DNA of 64,000 nucleotides from Diadema antillarum (lineage: Eukaryota): assembly GCF_040938485.1 (NCBI RefSeq), contig NW_027271522.1, forward strand, positions 744,001 to 808,000. The letters run 5' to 3'. This document shows, one piece after another, positions 13,301-25,400 of the stretch. Position 1 is the first letter of the stretch, and each line of letters opens with the position of its first letter. Both the position numbers and the translations under genes were made by a program. Under the pieces are notes generated by a model. It saw only the letters and a program-made list of their open reading frames with translations. It did not search any database and was not told the origin of the DNA.

Positions 13301-15315
13301 CCCCAGAATGTATTTTTGGAACTGTAAAAAGTCTTGATATAAGGTTACCAAATGCATTTTCAGTGTTCATTACATTAGATTCAGAAGTTGAACCAAGATT
13401 GGGGGGGGGGGGGGTGATTTACATTATTTCCTTTTTTTTGGTACTCTTAAGTCAATTTGTAAGTATAGTGAAGATTGCAATCTTTAAGGAGATTGGAATC
13501 TTAAAAAAAAAATGCAATTTATTCAGGTAGTACTACGTAGTCTAGAAAAATGTGTGAAGATGAACCTGTGATCTTCAGGTGAGCAAGAGAACTCGAATTT
13601 TTTTTTTTTTTTTTGGGGGGGGGGGTTAACTTTGTTAGATGCTGTTTCTTTGTTCTAGTGCAAATCTTTGTTTTTATACTGCTAATTCTCTCCATCTTAA
13701 TCATTGTTTTTCTTCTTATTATTTTCTTAATCATTGTCTACAGGATCCTCCAAGTGCAGATTCAGAGGCAGACCTTCACGAAGATCCCCCATATGAGCCG
13801 GGCACTGATTCTGTATCACCTGACAGTGAAGAAACAACAGGAGAAGAACAATATGTTTCTTCCAAGAAATATCTGGTGTTTGAGGAAAATCTGTTGTCAT
13901 TGGTGTTTAAGTTATCATGCCCTACTTGCAAGGGAGCTGTGGGAGAAGTCAAACAGATTCCGCAAGGATCAATGCTGAGAGTCCAGGCATTCTGCACAAA
14001 TGGACACTATGTTGTGAGTTGGGATTCACAGCCACAAATACAAAGAACTGCTGTGGGTAATCTTCTCTTAGCTGCAGCCACATTGTTCACTGGGCTGACG
14101 CACAAAAGAGTGGAAGACTTCATGAGTTGTGCAGGCATTGAATACATCAGTGAGTCAAGCTTCTACAAGTATCAACGAACTTTGCTCTTGCCTGTAATTA
14201 ATGCAGAATATGAAGCTTCAATAAAGGCTGCTGTAGAGAATAGCCAGAAAGGTGTCGGTGATGGATCTAAACTTGTTGTTTGTGGAGATGGCAGGTGTGA
14301 CTCACCAGGTCACAACGCTAAATTCTGTACGTATTCGATGATGAACTCGTCAACTCATCAGATTATAGCCACATCTCTGGTGCAAGTTACACAAGCATCT
14401 AGTTCCAATGCTATGGAAAAGGAGGGGTTCTTGAGGTGCATGAAAGAACTTGCCAGTAAAAGCGTCAATGTTAACATCATGACTACAGATAGACACATGG
14501 GCATACGCGCTGTTATCAGGAAGGACTTTCCAGATGTAACACATCAGTTTGATGTATGGCACTTGTCTAAGAGTGTTAGGAAGAAGCTCTTTGAAAAGAG
14601 CAGACACAGAGGATGTGAAGCACTGAGTGGTTGGATACAAGCAATATCAAATCATTTGTGGTGGTGTGCATGCAATTGTCAACAAAACCCTGACAGACTA
14701 GTGGAAATGTGGACATCGATTACACACCACGTCACAGATTCCCATGAGTGGTGCCATGGTGATCACTTCAGGAAATGTGCCCACGAACAACTTACCCCAG
14801 AAGAGAGAGCTTCAGTGGAGTGGCTCGAGTCAGGATCTCCTGCTCATGAAGCTCTAAATGACGTGATTTTCAATCGCACCATTTTGAAGGACATCCGCCA
14901 AATCACCATGGCATTGAACACGGGGGGGCTAGAGCAATACCATGGCCTTATGCTCAGATATTGCCCCAAACGCCAGGCATTTGACTACCCTTGCATGCTG
15001 GGTAGAACACAAATGGCAGTCATCGACCATAATTACAACAGTGACAGGAAACATCTGAGGGACAGTGAGGGGAGAAAGAAGTACTCAGCAGTGTACCAAA
15101 AAGCGACAAAAAGATGGGTACTGAGGGCAAGGTATGCCAAGAAGGACTTTTCCTATCTAAGAGGAATGATGACAAATGTCTTTGGTCTGAAATTTGGCAA
15201 CATTGAGCTGGGTGATCCAGAAATCCCCAATCTTCCACACAACATAGCACCAGTTCCCTGCCCACCAATGGAGGAAATGATTGCAACACGTAGGACTCGC
15301 TTTCAAGAACTGTAA
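1355..15315 (+). CDS. THAP domain + Kolobok-type DDE transposase, about 825 aa, spliced
   Basis: Predicted exons 1355-1717, 6592-6651, 9186-9245, 11255-11317, 12452-12811, 13744-15315; all GT-AG, all phase 0. Exon 1 is a THAP C2CH domain (C-x4-C..W..CEDHF..AVPTIF). The last exon has CPTC..CTNGH, GDGRCDSPGH (D, 14287), TTDRH (D, 14488), FDVWH and TGGLEQYHG (E, 14932). No stops in the model. Inclusion of the mini-exons is inferred. Confidence 0.88.
1718..5300. repeat. Low-complexity intron region rich in short palindromes (CTAG, TCTAGA, AGATCT, GTTAAC, AACGTT, TAGGCCTA) and TAG runs
   Basis: Dense occurrence of these words throughout the first intron of the transposase gene; TAG/CTA runs near 4020 and 4510-4570. 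Confidence 0.7.
1961..2268. mobile_element. 308-bp MITE with 13-bp TIR and 6-bp target duplication (hAT-like)
   Basis: CAGAGACTCCAAC...GTTGGAGTCTCTG, with AGTTAG immediately on both sides (1955-1960, 2269-2274). Internal GGGAGA motifs repeat. Confidence 0.8.
8291..8820. mobile_element. Tc1/mariner-type MITE (TA target)
   Basis: TA|CAGGTGCACTCCCGATATAACGAA ... TTCGTTATAACGGGAGTGCACTG|TA, with many internal TATAACGAA motifs. Confidence 0.85.
9311..9811 (+). mobile_element. Non-autonomous Helentron-type element (HINE/DINE-like)
   Basis: 5' TACCTCCGCCAAG and 3' CTTGGCGGAG subterminal inverted repeat. A 3' hairpin GCGCTCTCAGAGTGC is followed by TTTTCTAG. Microsatellite-like GTTT stretch near the 5' end. 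Confidence 0.75.
12225..12425. repeat. Dispersed repeat, unclassified; inverted copy at about 56625-56825
   Basis: Shared GTGACATCATTTTGCAAATAGT..TACTATTTGCAAAA..CACGTGAAGCTCTTTTAACCAATC, present as the reverse complement near 56660-56820. Confidence 0.7.
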
Positions 15316-15369
15316 TTGTTAATTGAAGTGAAGTAAACATAAACTCTTGAGTTGCTTTAGTCGACATCA

Positions 15370-16260
15370 CCTGTTCATGAAGCATTGAATGCTGTTGTCT
15401 TTAACAAGACTCTGCTCAAGGATATTCGTCAGATCACTGTGTCATTGCACGCAAGAGGACTTGAGTATTATTATGGCCTCGTGCTCTCCCCTTTGCCCTC
15501 ATTTTATCATGACAGTTATACCCATGATGACACTACCCAAGAATGGAGAGGTCCAGTTGAATGGCTTGGGTTGAGATCCCCTGCTCATGAAGTTTTGAAT
15601 GCTGCAGTCCTTAACAAGACTCGCTGCTCAAGATCATTTGTCAGATCACTATGTCATTGCATAAAAGAGGACTGGAGTATTATGGCCTCATACTCAGATT
15701 TTTCCCTCATAACAACATGAAAGATAAACCCATGATGACGCTACCCAAGAATGGCGAGGTTCAATTCAGAATGGTACGAGTCAAGATCCCCTGGTCATGA
15801 AGCTTTGAATCGAGACCGCCTGCTCATGAAGCTTTGAATGCTGTTGTCTTTAACAAGACTCGCTGCTCAATAGTCGTCAGATTACTATGTCTTTGCACAC
15901 AAGAGAACTGGATCATCATCATGGCCTCATGCTGAGATTTTGCCCTGAACGGCAGGAAAGATATACCCATGAAGACTTTACCTAAGAATGGAGAGGTTAA
16001 GTTGAACGGCTTGGGTCGAGAACCCCTTCTCATGAAACTTTGAATGCTGTTGTCTTTACTTGCTGCTCAATGACATTCGTCAGATTAATATGTCATTGCA
16101 CACAAAAGGACTGGATTATTATCATGGCCTCTTGCTGAGATTTTGCCCTCAAAACAGCAGGAAAGATATACGTACCCATGAATACTTTGCCCAGAAATGG
16201 AGAGGTTAAGTTGAATGGCCTGAGTCGAGATTCCCTGCTCATGAAGCTTTTAATGCTGAT
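15370..16260 (+). repeat. Tandem array of about 208-bp units derived from transposase CDS 14790-14995
   Basis: Unit anchor CCTGYTCATGAAG at about 15370, 15580, 15790 (with a short extra duplication at 15820), 16026 and 16235. Units translate to degenerate VEWLG..SPAHEALNAVVFNKTLLKDIRQIT..GLEYY.G, matching VEWLESGSPAHEALNDVIFNRTILKDIRQITMALNTGGLEQYHG. Confidence 0.9.
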
Positions 16261-18792
16261 ATCTTCTGGAGGCACTGGACATAAGAGAGTACGTGACGCA
16301 ACTACAGGAAGGATAGAAGTGTTTGTCATCGTGATACTAACTTTATTTTGGTGACCTAGTTCTAATCAATGATGGGAATTAACATACCGCATAGTTCATG
16401 GTTGCTCGGGAAATAACAAACAGACTATAATGCCTGATGACAGACATTACATCAATATCGCTGAAAGGAAGACAATGAACAGCATTATCTTTTGTGAAAT
16501 CTTGGAAGGAGATGACTTCATGGAGCTCATATGGCATCAGTGAATTAATGGAGCAGTGAAATTTTATGAAAGCTGATACACAGCATTTTTTTAAAAGTGT
16601 CATATGTGTTGAAGCATTTGTGATTGTCAAGTGGAAATCAATGGTCGCAGGAGGGAGATATTGTGTGATGCTGTTACTTCAACTACAATTCCAGCATAAA
16701 GATAAATGCATCCTACAACAATACGTTGTGGTGGTGAGTTTGTGCTATAATGGCAGCATAAAGACAATCGCATGTGTGGAAGTATGAAATGAAGGTCAAA
16801 GTATGATATCGTGTTGCACAAGCATGACGTAAAGGTCAAGTTGTGATGTACTTTATGAAAATGTCGTTTGGAGCATAATTTGTGATATAATAGCAGTATA
16901 AAATGACATCAGTTGAGTCCTTGGATGAAAAACTCAGCATTCAGCCTTTCTCAGAGGTGATTTTATCATCAAAACGGTTATATTTGCTGTGATATCGCTG
17001 AAGGCTTGTGTGTTTAACCTCATCGCGGAGGAGATCATTTGCGACAAGTGAATATTTCCTAGTCACCGGAATTTATTTGTTGCATCTTTTCAGACCAGTA
17101 GAATTCAAAGCAAAGTGAAAGATTACTTGTGGAAGCGTTGAATAAATCACAAATACTGGGTTCTTAAGAATTCAGTAAGGTATCACATTTAAGGGGTCCA
17201 AGATGTAAGATAAGTATGTTGGGAAGTTGCGGACTTAGACTCCTCTTGTGATTCAACATGTAGAGGTTGTTTTGCATTTCTCTGCCAGCAGTCAATTGTC
17301 ATTGAAGAGGACTTGTTGTCATGAATCCAGCTGGATTCAATTCCACAGTTTTTGATAAGACTAATGTCATTGAAACTTATCACTTTGCAACCTGCTAGTT
17401 TGCATGTTGGTGGATAGTAAGTGTGAATTCATTGACAACAAACCGTATTCTTGTCATGTTGACATGGTCAAAAAATTGCAGTAGAGTTGAGCTTTTATAT
17501 CAGCATGCTACCAGCTGCAGTGGCTTTTGCTCACATTGTGACATATAATACACTAACATGACATTTTATTCCAGAGGGAGTTATTACGAATTGTATGTTT
17601 ATATTCTAGATGTGGCTTCAGCTTTGCATATTATTGCATATGTACCGGCCTAAATATCACCAGAGGCTTACATTTTCAGGTTTTCTGTCTGTCCTTATGC
17701 CTGTAAATGTGTTTTGGTCAGCGTTAGAAAGTTGATGGTGGAATCGAGGCAACTAAACTATGCTTATAGTTCTTGCTTGGCAATTTTACTTGGTAACTTT
17801 ACACCAGAACTATAATTTCGACGGGGACATGTGTGGTGACTTGTAGGTTATGTTGTGATGCCAGATCGATCACAAATAGTAATAGCTTTCAGTGAATTAG
17901 TGTAAGGAAATAGTGGAATTGTGCTGCCATCACTGAATTTTATCTTAATTCAATGTGAGATTGACACATATTGTCACTATAGACTTGAAAATATGTCAAT
18001 GCCAACAAACAAGGTGATTTGGTACATTTAACCAGACATGTTTTAAGCCATTACCCCAATTCAGATAACCCTATCCGTTATATCGTTGAATGCGGACAAA
18101 CATACATGTGATTTTTTCAGATTCTCATGAAAAACAAAAAGCAAAACGAGTAAAAAACCTATAAAATGTATCATTTGATCGGGTATATACTAACAAAGAT
18201 GCAAAATAAAAAATTTGTAATTTCGATCATCATTTGCAAATGCAAGGTGGTGAATAAGGAGAAAATTATTACTTTGTGAAGTGAAGCTTGCAACACATAC
18301 AGACTTTAAGGGTCCAAAATATAGGGAAGATAGGACATGTGCTTTCCAAGATTCATGATGAAACATGACTTTGGGAGTAATTTGCACAGCCAATATGATG
18401 TCTAGTGAAGTTGGCCTAATTATCTTACTATGAAGTAATATATGTGACATGGATTGAACTTGTGAAAATTATAAGAGATATAGTAAGGTCTTTATATATC
18501 AAGGTAATACAGACAAAGTTGTAGAAAGAAAAAAAAATATCCTGACGTCGAAGTTATGTTTCAATTTTAACCCAGTATGTTGATGTCATCCTGGCATCTA
18601 ATGAGAAAAATGGAGGGCACACCTCTGATAATGCAAAGTATCGGCTGCAACGAATTGAATCCTTGGAGAAATTCACATAATAATGTTGAGTGACCTAGTG
18701 TTCGACGGAGACTGTTGTGTCAATTTGCATTTAAAGAAACAAATGGATTGTCATAGAGATAATATGTACAAAGATTGAATCTTTAATGCTAT

Positions 18793-19260
18793 TTACAGTT
18801 CATTTTTACAAGGTATTAATGTCATCCAGTTTAAAATTTGAGGTTGCATACATACCAAAGGCAATTCAACAAGCTGTAGCACAATGAATTCTTGGTGAAA
18901 ATTTGTCCAGGATAAGTGTATATACAGTATAAAGGACAAGGTATTGACATGATACCTGCATATTTCCTTTAAAATGTTATGGATTGAATTCCAAATTTTT
19001 GAATCATTTGAAATCAAACTTGATGGAGAGCATGACAGTGAGGTATAGATGTGATAGATACTTATCTTGTGTTTGCCAGAAAAAACATTACCATGATCAA
19101 CCACAGTTTTACCAAAACCTTGTCGTAGGAAATTACTTCCACAGTATTAGTATTTAAACACTTTATTTCAAATTTGGTATGTACTGTTGTATGATACATG
19201 ATGTTTAATCTTAGATGTCGTTACGTTGAGACACTGTTTCCGCTTGTACCAAACAGGGCA
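18793..19260 (-). pseudogene. Possible decayed Mab-21 / cGAS-like receptor (cGLR) fragment
   Basis: Minus ORF 18793-19104 contains ILKEICRYHVNTLSF..W-x18-C..L..LIPCKNEL, resembling the Mab-21 C-terminal pattern SYH(V/L)KT..F..W-x18-C..L..YFIP..NL. An upstream frame gives PWP..VWYKR. No NTase GS/DxD motif was found. Match made by eye only. Confidence 0.35.
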
Positions 19261-20189
19261 TGGCCATGGTAACTGCATATACTTTCTTGAATATCTTAAT
19301 GAATGAATACCACAATTGTATTAAAATCTAGAGGTGTATTTGCGCAAAATGCCTTTTGTTTTTAGACCTGACAGACCTTGGTTCAATTCTTTTTCATAGG
19401 GGAATCACAGCTGCTGGACCTTTAGTGATAATTCTCGTTCACTTCAGGTAATTAAACACATATGTATTGATTTTAACTACAAAAAGCGGTACCTCCATGC
19501 ACCTTTCCCAGGGATGAAAGTATGAAATTACATGTATTTATTTGAGATCCTTTTTTTTTTCAATAAATGGCAAGGATATATGGTCAGAGCAGTGGTGAAA
19601 TGTATGACTCTGTATCCACAAATGATTCTCATCTCAATTGTGACATGCATTGCTTGCAGTTCCAGAGTGCAGTAACATCCATTATATATGGAGGTATCGA
19701 AAAAAAAAAATAAACCTCAAATTTGAAGCATTTGGAAATGAATGCCTGATTTCAGATGTTATTTTAATATACAGATTACCTGTTTTGTTTTTTTGTTGTT
19801 GCATAATTTGCACGTATCAATTAATGTTGTAACCCATATCATTGGCAAAACTCACCACTTCAGCATGCCCCCCCCCCCCCCAACCAATTTTTGCACTGAT
19901 AACACCCGATATGATTAGATGACTCTCATCTCACCGAGATGTATTAGATGACTCTCATCTACAAAGAGTCTCACATATCATATAATACATGAAAATTTCA
20001 CCCAAAATACACACACAGATGCAAAAACAATCTTATTAAATAACAATTGCATGAAGTGCTCTATGAGTGCTTGTGCATCTACAGTATGTGCAAGTACATT
20101 TTCGTGTACAGTGATGCAAAATGTATGTACTCGACATGCAACCGTAATGCATCAAAACATCAGAGTTTAGTTTAGATAAGTGCCACAGA

Positions 20190-20221
<32 letters not shown>

Positions 20222-20946
20222 TGTGTGTTAAGAGTTGGAATCATGCATAAAAATGTGCTGAAAATAAATCCTTGCTTCCAATCCCTCAACATGAAACTTG
20301 GCATTTACATCAAGAAACAAAGAGTGAAAATGTATAGGCACGAAACTATTGGAAAAGACTGTCTTCCAAAATTGTGTTACTACACACTATTTGAAGACAT
20401 TTTTTATTATGATATATCTGCAGAAGGGACATTTATTGAATGTAATGTTGTGACCGAACTTATGATAGTACATCAACACAGAACATATAGTTACCATTTA
20501 ACTTGATACAGACTCATTCCCATAGCATGCATTAGACTTGCCATGAATTGTACATTGTTAATGTGTACGTAAGCAACTGGTTACTAGTATGTACATGATA
20601 CGATAAATTAAGCTACAACCGTTACTATGCTAAACATGTAAAGTTACTGACAATAGGATATGTAGTGCAATGCAACCACGTCAAATTAAACTTCAATTAA
20701 CATGTAACCTGCTTTTTTTTTTTGTGGTGTCTTCAGCTCATTTCAACGGGAGTACCCTACACTTGCTCAAGTCAAGTTTTAGTGGTAATGCCAGTTAAAA
20801 TATGTCAACACAGTTAACATATTCTAGGAAGTTAAATCTATTTGAAATGAAGATGGTAACAGCTTAGCATAAGACGAAATTTGACTCGTGAAGTTTTAAA
20901 GTCAATACAAAGAGAAAAGGACTCGAAAATAAATTCCAATTATCAA

Positions 20947-21460
20947 ATGACTTAGCAAGCTAGACTATACTTTAGTGCAATCCGTGCCCTTTTCGCTATG
21001 TCATGCCAAACAAACGAGAAAGCATTTATTGTAGAATATTCGCAAGATTCCAGACTCACTAATGCAGGCATAGCACAATTTATATGCAGGCAGACTTTGG
21101 AAAATACTTTGGAAAAGTCTGTCAATAAATACTTGTAGGTTAGCATGTTGTCGATGATGCCACTGTGATTGGATGACATGTTTAAGTATACACAATGAGA
21201 GAAGCGCTTTCACTTTCTGATCCGATGACTTAGCAAGCTAGACTGTACGTTAGTGCAGTCTGTGCCCTCATCGCTATGTCATGCCAAACTGAAGAGAAGG
21301 CTTTTATTGCAGAAGATTTTTGCTAACATTACAGACTAACTGTTGCAAGTATATATAGCATAATTTATGATGTAGAATTTGGAAAAGACTACAGAAAATT
21401 CCGCCAAAAAATGGTTAAAATGTTTTGGATTTTGCCACTGTGATGTGATGACATTTTTAA
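20947..21460. repeat. Two-copy tandem duplication, period 278 bp
   Basis: ATGACTTAGCAAGCTAGACT..TAGTGCA..GTGCCCT..CGCTATGTCATGCCAAAC at 20947 and 21225. Confidence 0.85.
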
Positions 21461-21524
21461 TGAATGAATGAATTCTAAAAAGTAGTGAACACGAATGAAC
21501 AGATTGACATAAAAAAGAATAACA

Positions 21525-21712
21525 GTGGACTGTTGTTATAACAAATTTATCGGGCCTGCAGATTTCTTTCTTTGTATCAAAATTTGTTCACATCCTAACA
21601 AATAAGCAATAAAAAATACAAACCAGGCAAGGTTGTGGCCGGATATTTTAACTCATTGCAGCTGAAATTTTGTTATACAACAACAGTGTTCGATATAACG
21701 TGAGTGCACTCT
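21525..21712. mobile_element. Degenerate relative of the 8291-8820 Tc1-type MITE
   Basis: GTTGTTATAAC.. at the left end and TTCGATATAACGTGAGTGCACTC at the right end. Confidence 0.5.
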
Positions 21713-21855
21713 ATCACAACAGCAGTTCCAGAAGATATTAGTCTTGTATGTAGCATGAAAATAAATAGCAAGATTTAACTTCATAACAGTCTTTTTACAT
21801 CTCACTACAGTGTACTAGTATATGTTTAGTGAACACAGTAGGCCTCATTATCAAA

Positions 21856-22453
21856 CTATATATTTAATGCCTCATCGATCTCGGAAGATCCTTGAAAGCC
21901 AGTGTAGATGTTGTCCTCTGCGGGAAAGACTGCCCGTATTTTAGAAACCGCACAAGCCGGGATCACTCTTCGCTTTCCCTTTCCCAGGTATCCATGCGTC
22001 CATGCAGTGAAGGCCTGGTATGATGTAAATCTGTACCTCCTGTAATTAAAACAAGAACAAGAAGCAAACATGGAAAAACTTTGGTGAGCTACAGGTACTA
22101 TGTCACAATCATATTTGCGACATTAATATGAGACACAATCGAGTATATGACACCATTTACAATACACTGATATTAACTTTGCAAACATTCCTTTAAATAA
22201 AGTGTTGAGGAGACTATGACATTAATGTATATATGTATACAATATTAGTATATATATATATATATATATATATATGCATATATTAATGGAATACAAAGTT
22301 TTCTCCATTTCTGTCCTTTCAAAAATGCCTACTCTTCCTAGGCACAATGAATTTGATTGCAAACATGCATATGCAGTTCAATTCACTTATGTAAATACCG
22401 GTACTGTCCAAATGACAGTTTCGTTAGAAACATAAAAAGTGAAGATAACAAGA

Positions 22454-22494
<41 letters not shown>

Positions 22495-25400
22495 GGGAGT
22501 GGCTATGGTAGGGAGTTCCAATCCCCATTCAATCTTTTTTTGGGGTAATATTGCTTCAAAAAAAAAAAAAAAAAAAAAAAAAAAACAAGTTGAAAATTTT
22601 CTTGAATTAATGGTGGCAATGTTATCTTGGAGCATTTAGCGAAAGTGTAAGTTTTGCTGTCCGTACTGAATTCAAAATAATGTCTTGACATGTGAGTAAA
22701 TTACTACAAAATTGTTAGAATTTTTCCAATTTCTATTGAAAGCAATGGTGTCGATGTGTTGGAAACCCAACCATAGGCCCTCTAATTGGTGTGACCAGTG
22801 TCTTAAGATCTAATTTGCAATTTAGTATTCTTAATCAGGTTATTTAAGTACATCAGCTAGATGTCTACTCGAGAAGGTAGATCCACTACTAGTAATTACA
22901 TGTACTAGAAACTCTGTCAGATCTAACGTATTCACTTCAGGTATGGTTATAGGCTTTTAGCTAACGCTAGGAAGGAGGCCTTTGTGTTTACTAGCTTTTG
23001 CTGTTTACAATTTATATCACAGAATGAAGAACCTTGTAGGCCTAATGTTAATAGATCATACATTTATCTCAAATTCCACGATACCAAATTAATTGCATCA
23101 AATCACAAGACATGGGTAACTTCACAGTTGTAGTAGATCAACATTTGTCTTTAGAGTTGTAGTAGATCAACATTTGTCTTTACATGCATTATGCATGGAT
23201 ATATGTGTGTGTATGTTTGTGTGTGTGTGTGTGTGTATGTACATGCTGAAGGTTTTTAAACTATCACCGTATACATTACACAGTTGTAGTTATTCAACAT
23301 CTACTGTAGATGGCTGCTTTTGCGTGTGTAAACATTGCAAGTTAGACAAACACTGGAACTTCCTGTTTGCAAAGTCGTGTGACGTCTGGTTTGCATGCAA
23401 ATGAGGCAGTTACGAATAATTACTGTATGACAGCCAATCATTTCAGAGTTACTTAATGTATGCAGTATTTTACAACCAATCAAAATAGTTTTTGCCTTTG
23501 TGGCCATTGATGAGAACTAGCTAGCTTCCCGCGCGCGCTGGCTAGCTACTAGTAGCTTTCTCCACTACGATAACGTTTGTAGTATAGACCTACATACTAG
23601 TACAGAGGTAGACAGTCTAGTTTGCAACGCTATAAACGACATGCGCGGCCCCAAATTTAGTGAATCCTGCATGCATGCTAGCTGTAACAGCTCGTGTAAC
23701 TTTCATGCCATGGAGTGAACACCTTGCTTGATCTGTCTCAATTTAGCTCAGACCTGACGAGTGCTTGATTATCAGGCTCTTTACTCACACTTGGATTGTC
23801 AGTGATGTTTGACTCTTGAGATTCTATCTCTCAGTTTCTACTGATTACAGAGTAACGCTAGAGTCTACTGTAGGATCTACCCCGTCTACGAAGTGTATAG
23901 CCTATACTAGGCCTATCGACGAGTTTTGTGTACCTACTTGTGGAGACCACATGTTCTGCAGTTATCCACTGATCTTCATGTTGGATTATAATATATTGGA
24001 CTATATGCCCTACCGTCCACACCGAGTACCGTTACACTTCGTTGGACATTCCGAACCTCGGATAATTAGTAGGCCTAGCAGGCACTCCACTGACACACCA
24101 CTACCCCCGGTACCCCAAGGTTAGTATTTATTAGTAACCGTTAATACTAATACTAGTAGTACATTATGTTCGACTTCGAGGGATTTATATCGACCATCCA
24201 TGCCATCGGCATCGACCTAGAGCTCTAGAGTAGAGACAGAGTCAGTCTACTCTACTGTCTCTAGCCTACATCGTGCTCCTGTCTGAACATTGCTGTTATA
24301 GTGTTAAGAGCGTTAAGTACCACGGAAGGCTTGGCTATTGTGTTCTTTTTTTCGGCAATCTAACGTTTTGACATACAATCTATGTTCAACTGTTACTGTT
24401 AGGAGACCTAGGTCTAGAACCAGTCTAGTAGATCTAGAATCCAACGTTAGACTCTAGACTCCGACTAGAGTTAACAGTTACGAGTTAGATCTAGTGTTAG
24501 GGCTCTAGGCTAGCTTTAGGCCTAATATATTAGGACAACCTGCCATTTATGATTTTAAGGAACTCGGACTCGCGCCCGGGGGTTCCTTGACCTTGTTCCT
24601 GCTTGGATGACGCACAGCACAACATCAATTAGACTGGTCTAGAAATCTAGATCTATCAAACGACGAACGTTAGGCCCTAACACTAGGCCTAGCAATTTTT
24701 AGGACTAGGACCTAGTCAGTAGTAAAATACCATATTAGATTCTAGACTCTAATAGGTTTAACTGTTAGATGCTAATAGTTGAAAAAAAAAAGGAGTGTAG
24801 TGTAGGCCTACTTTACAGACAGTAACACTCGAACAGTGTTACAGTTCTGGTCGACGTGAGGATTATCATTTAGATTTCTAGCTTTTAATATTTTGCGTGA
24901 TATTCACTTCAGAAACCACTCTAACCAATTCTATGACGTAGTAGGATCTATAAGATGTCAAACTCAAAGAGCATGCAATCTAAAAGGGCTGTCAAAAGTT
25001 TATTTGATGAAATTCGGTTTTGAAGTGGCCGAGATATCCAAAATTGAAACGAGGTGAAACAAAGATTTCCCAATAAAGTTGGGGTAGAACTTCCTAACGC
25101 TAGATATTTCTACATATAACGTTAGAGTCTAGATCTAGTCTCTAGGTAATATTAGACCCTACCTAGTCTTTTATTAATATTATCATCTTTTTTTTTGGGA
25201 GGGGGGGCTATCTCTGCCATTTGAAAATCAGTTTTCATTAAAAAAAAACACACAGTTGAATCCTTCTTAAAATTATAAACCCAGGGCCAGGCTATTTTAT
25301 GGTTTTTCTTCATATTTTAAGTAAGCTAGTTTCTCATTTGATATCTCACTTTGGAATGTAAAAAAAAAAAAAAAAAAAAAATGAATCCCCACCTATTCAC

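Noticed and set aside
15385-15720. 111-aa ORF resembling the transposase
   Set aside because: It comes from the degenerate tandem array, changes frame relative to the CDS, and lacks the other catalytic residues.
20180-20506. CVCVCV-containing ORFs (also near 22439, 23174, 33718)
   Set aside because: Translations of (TG)n microsatellites.
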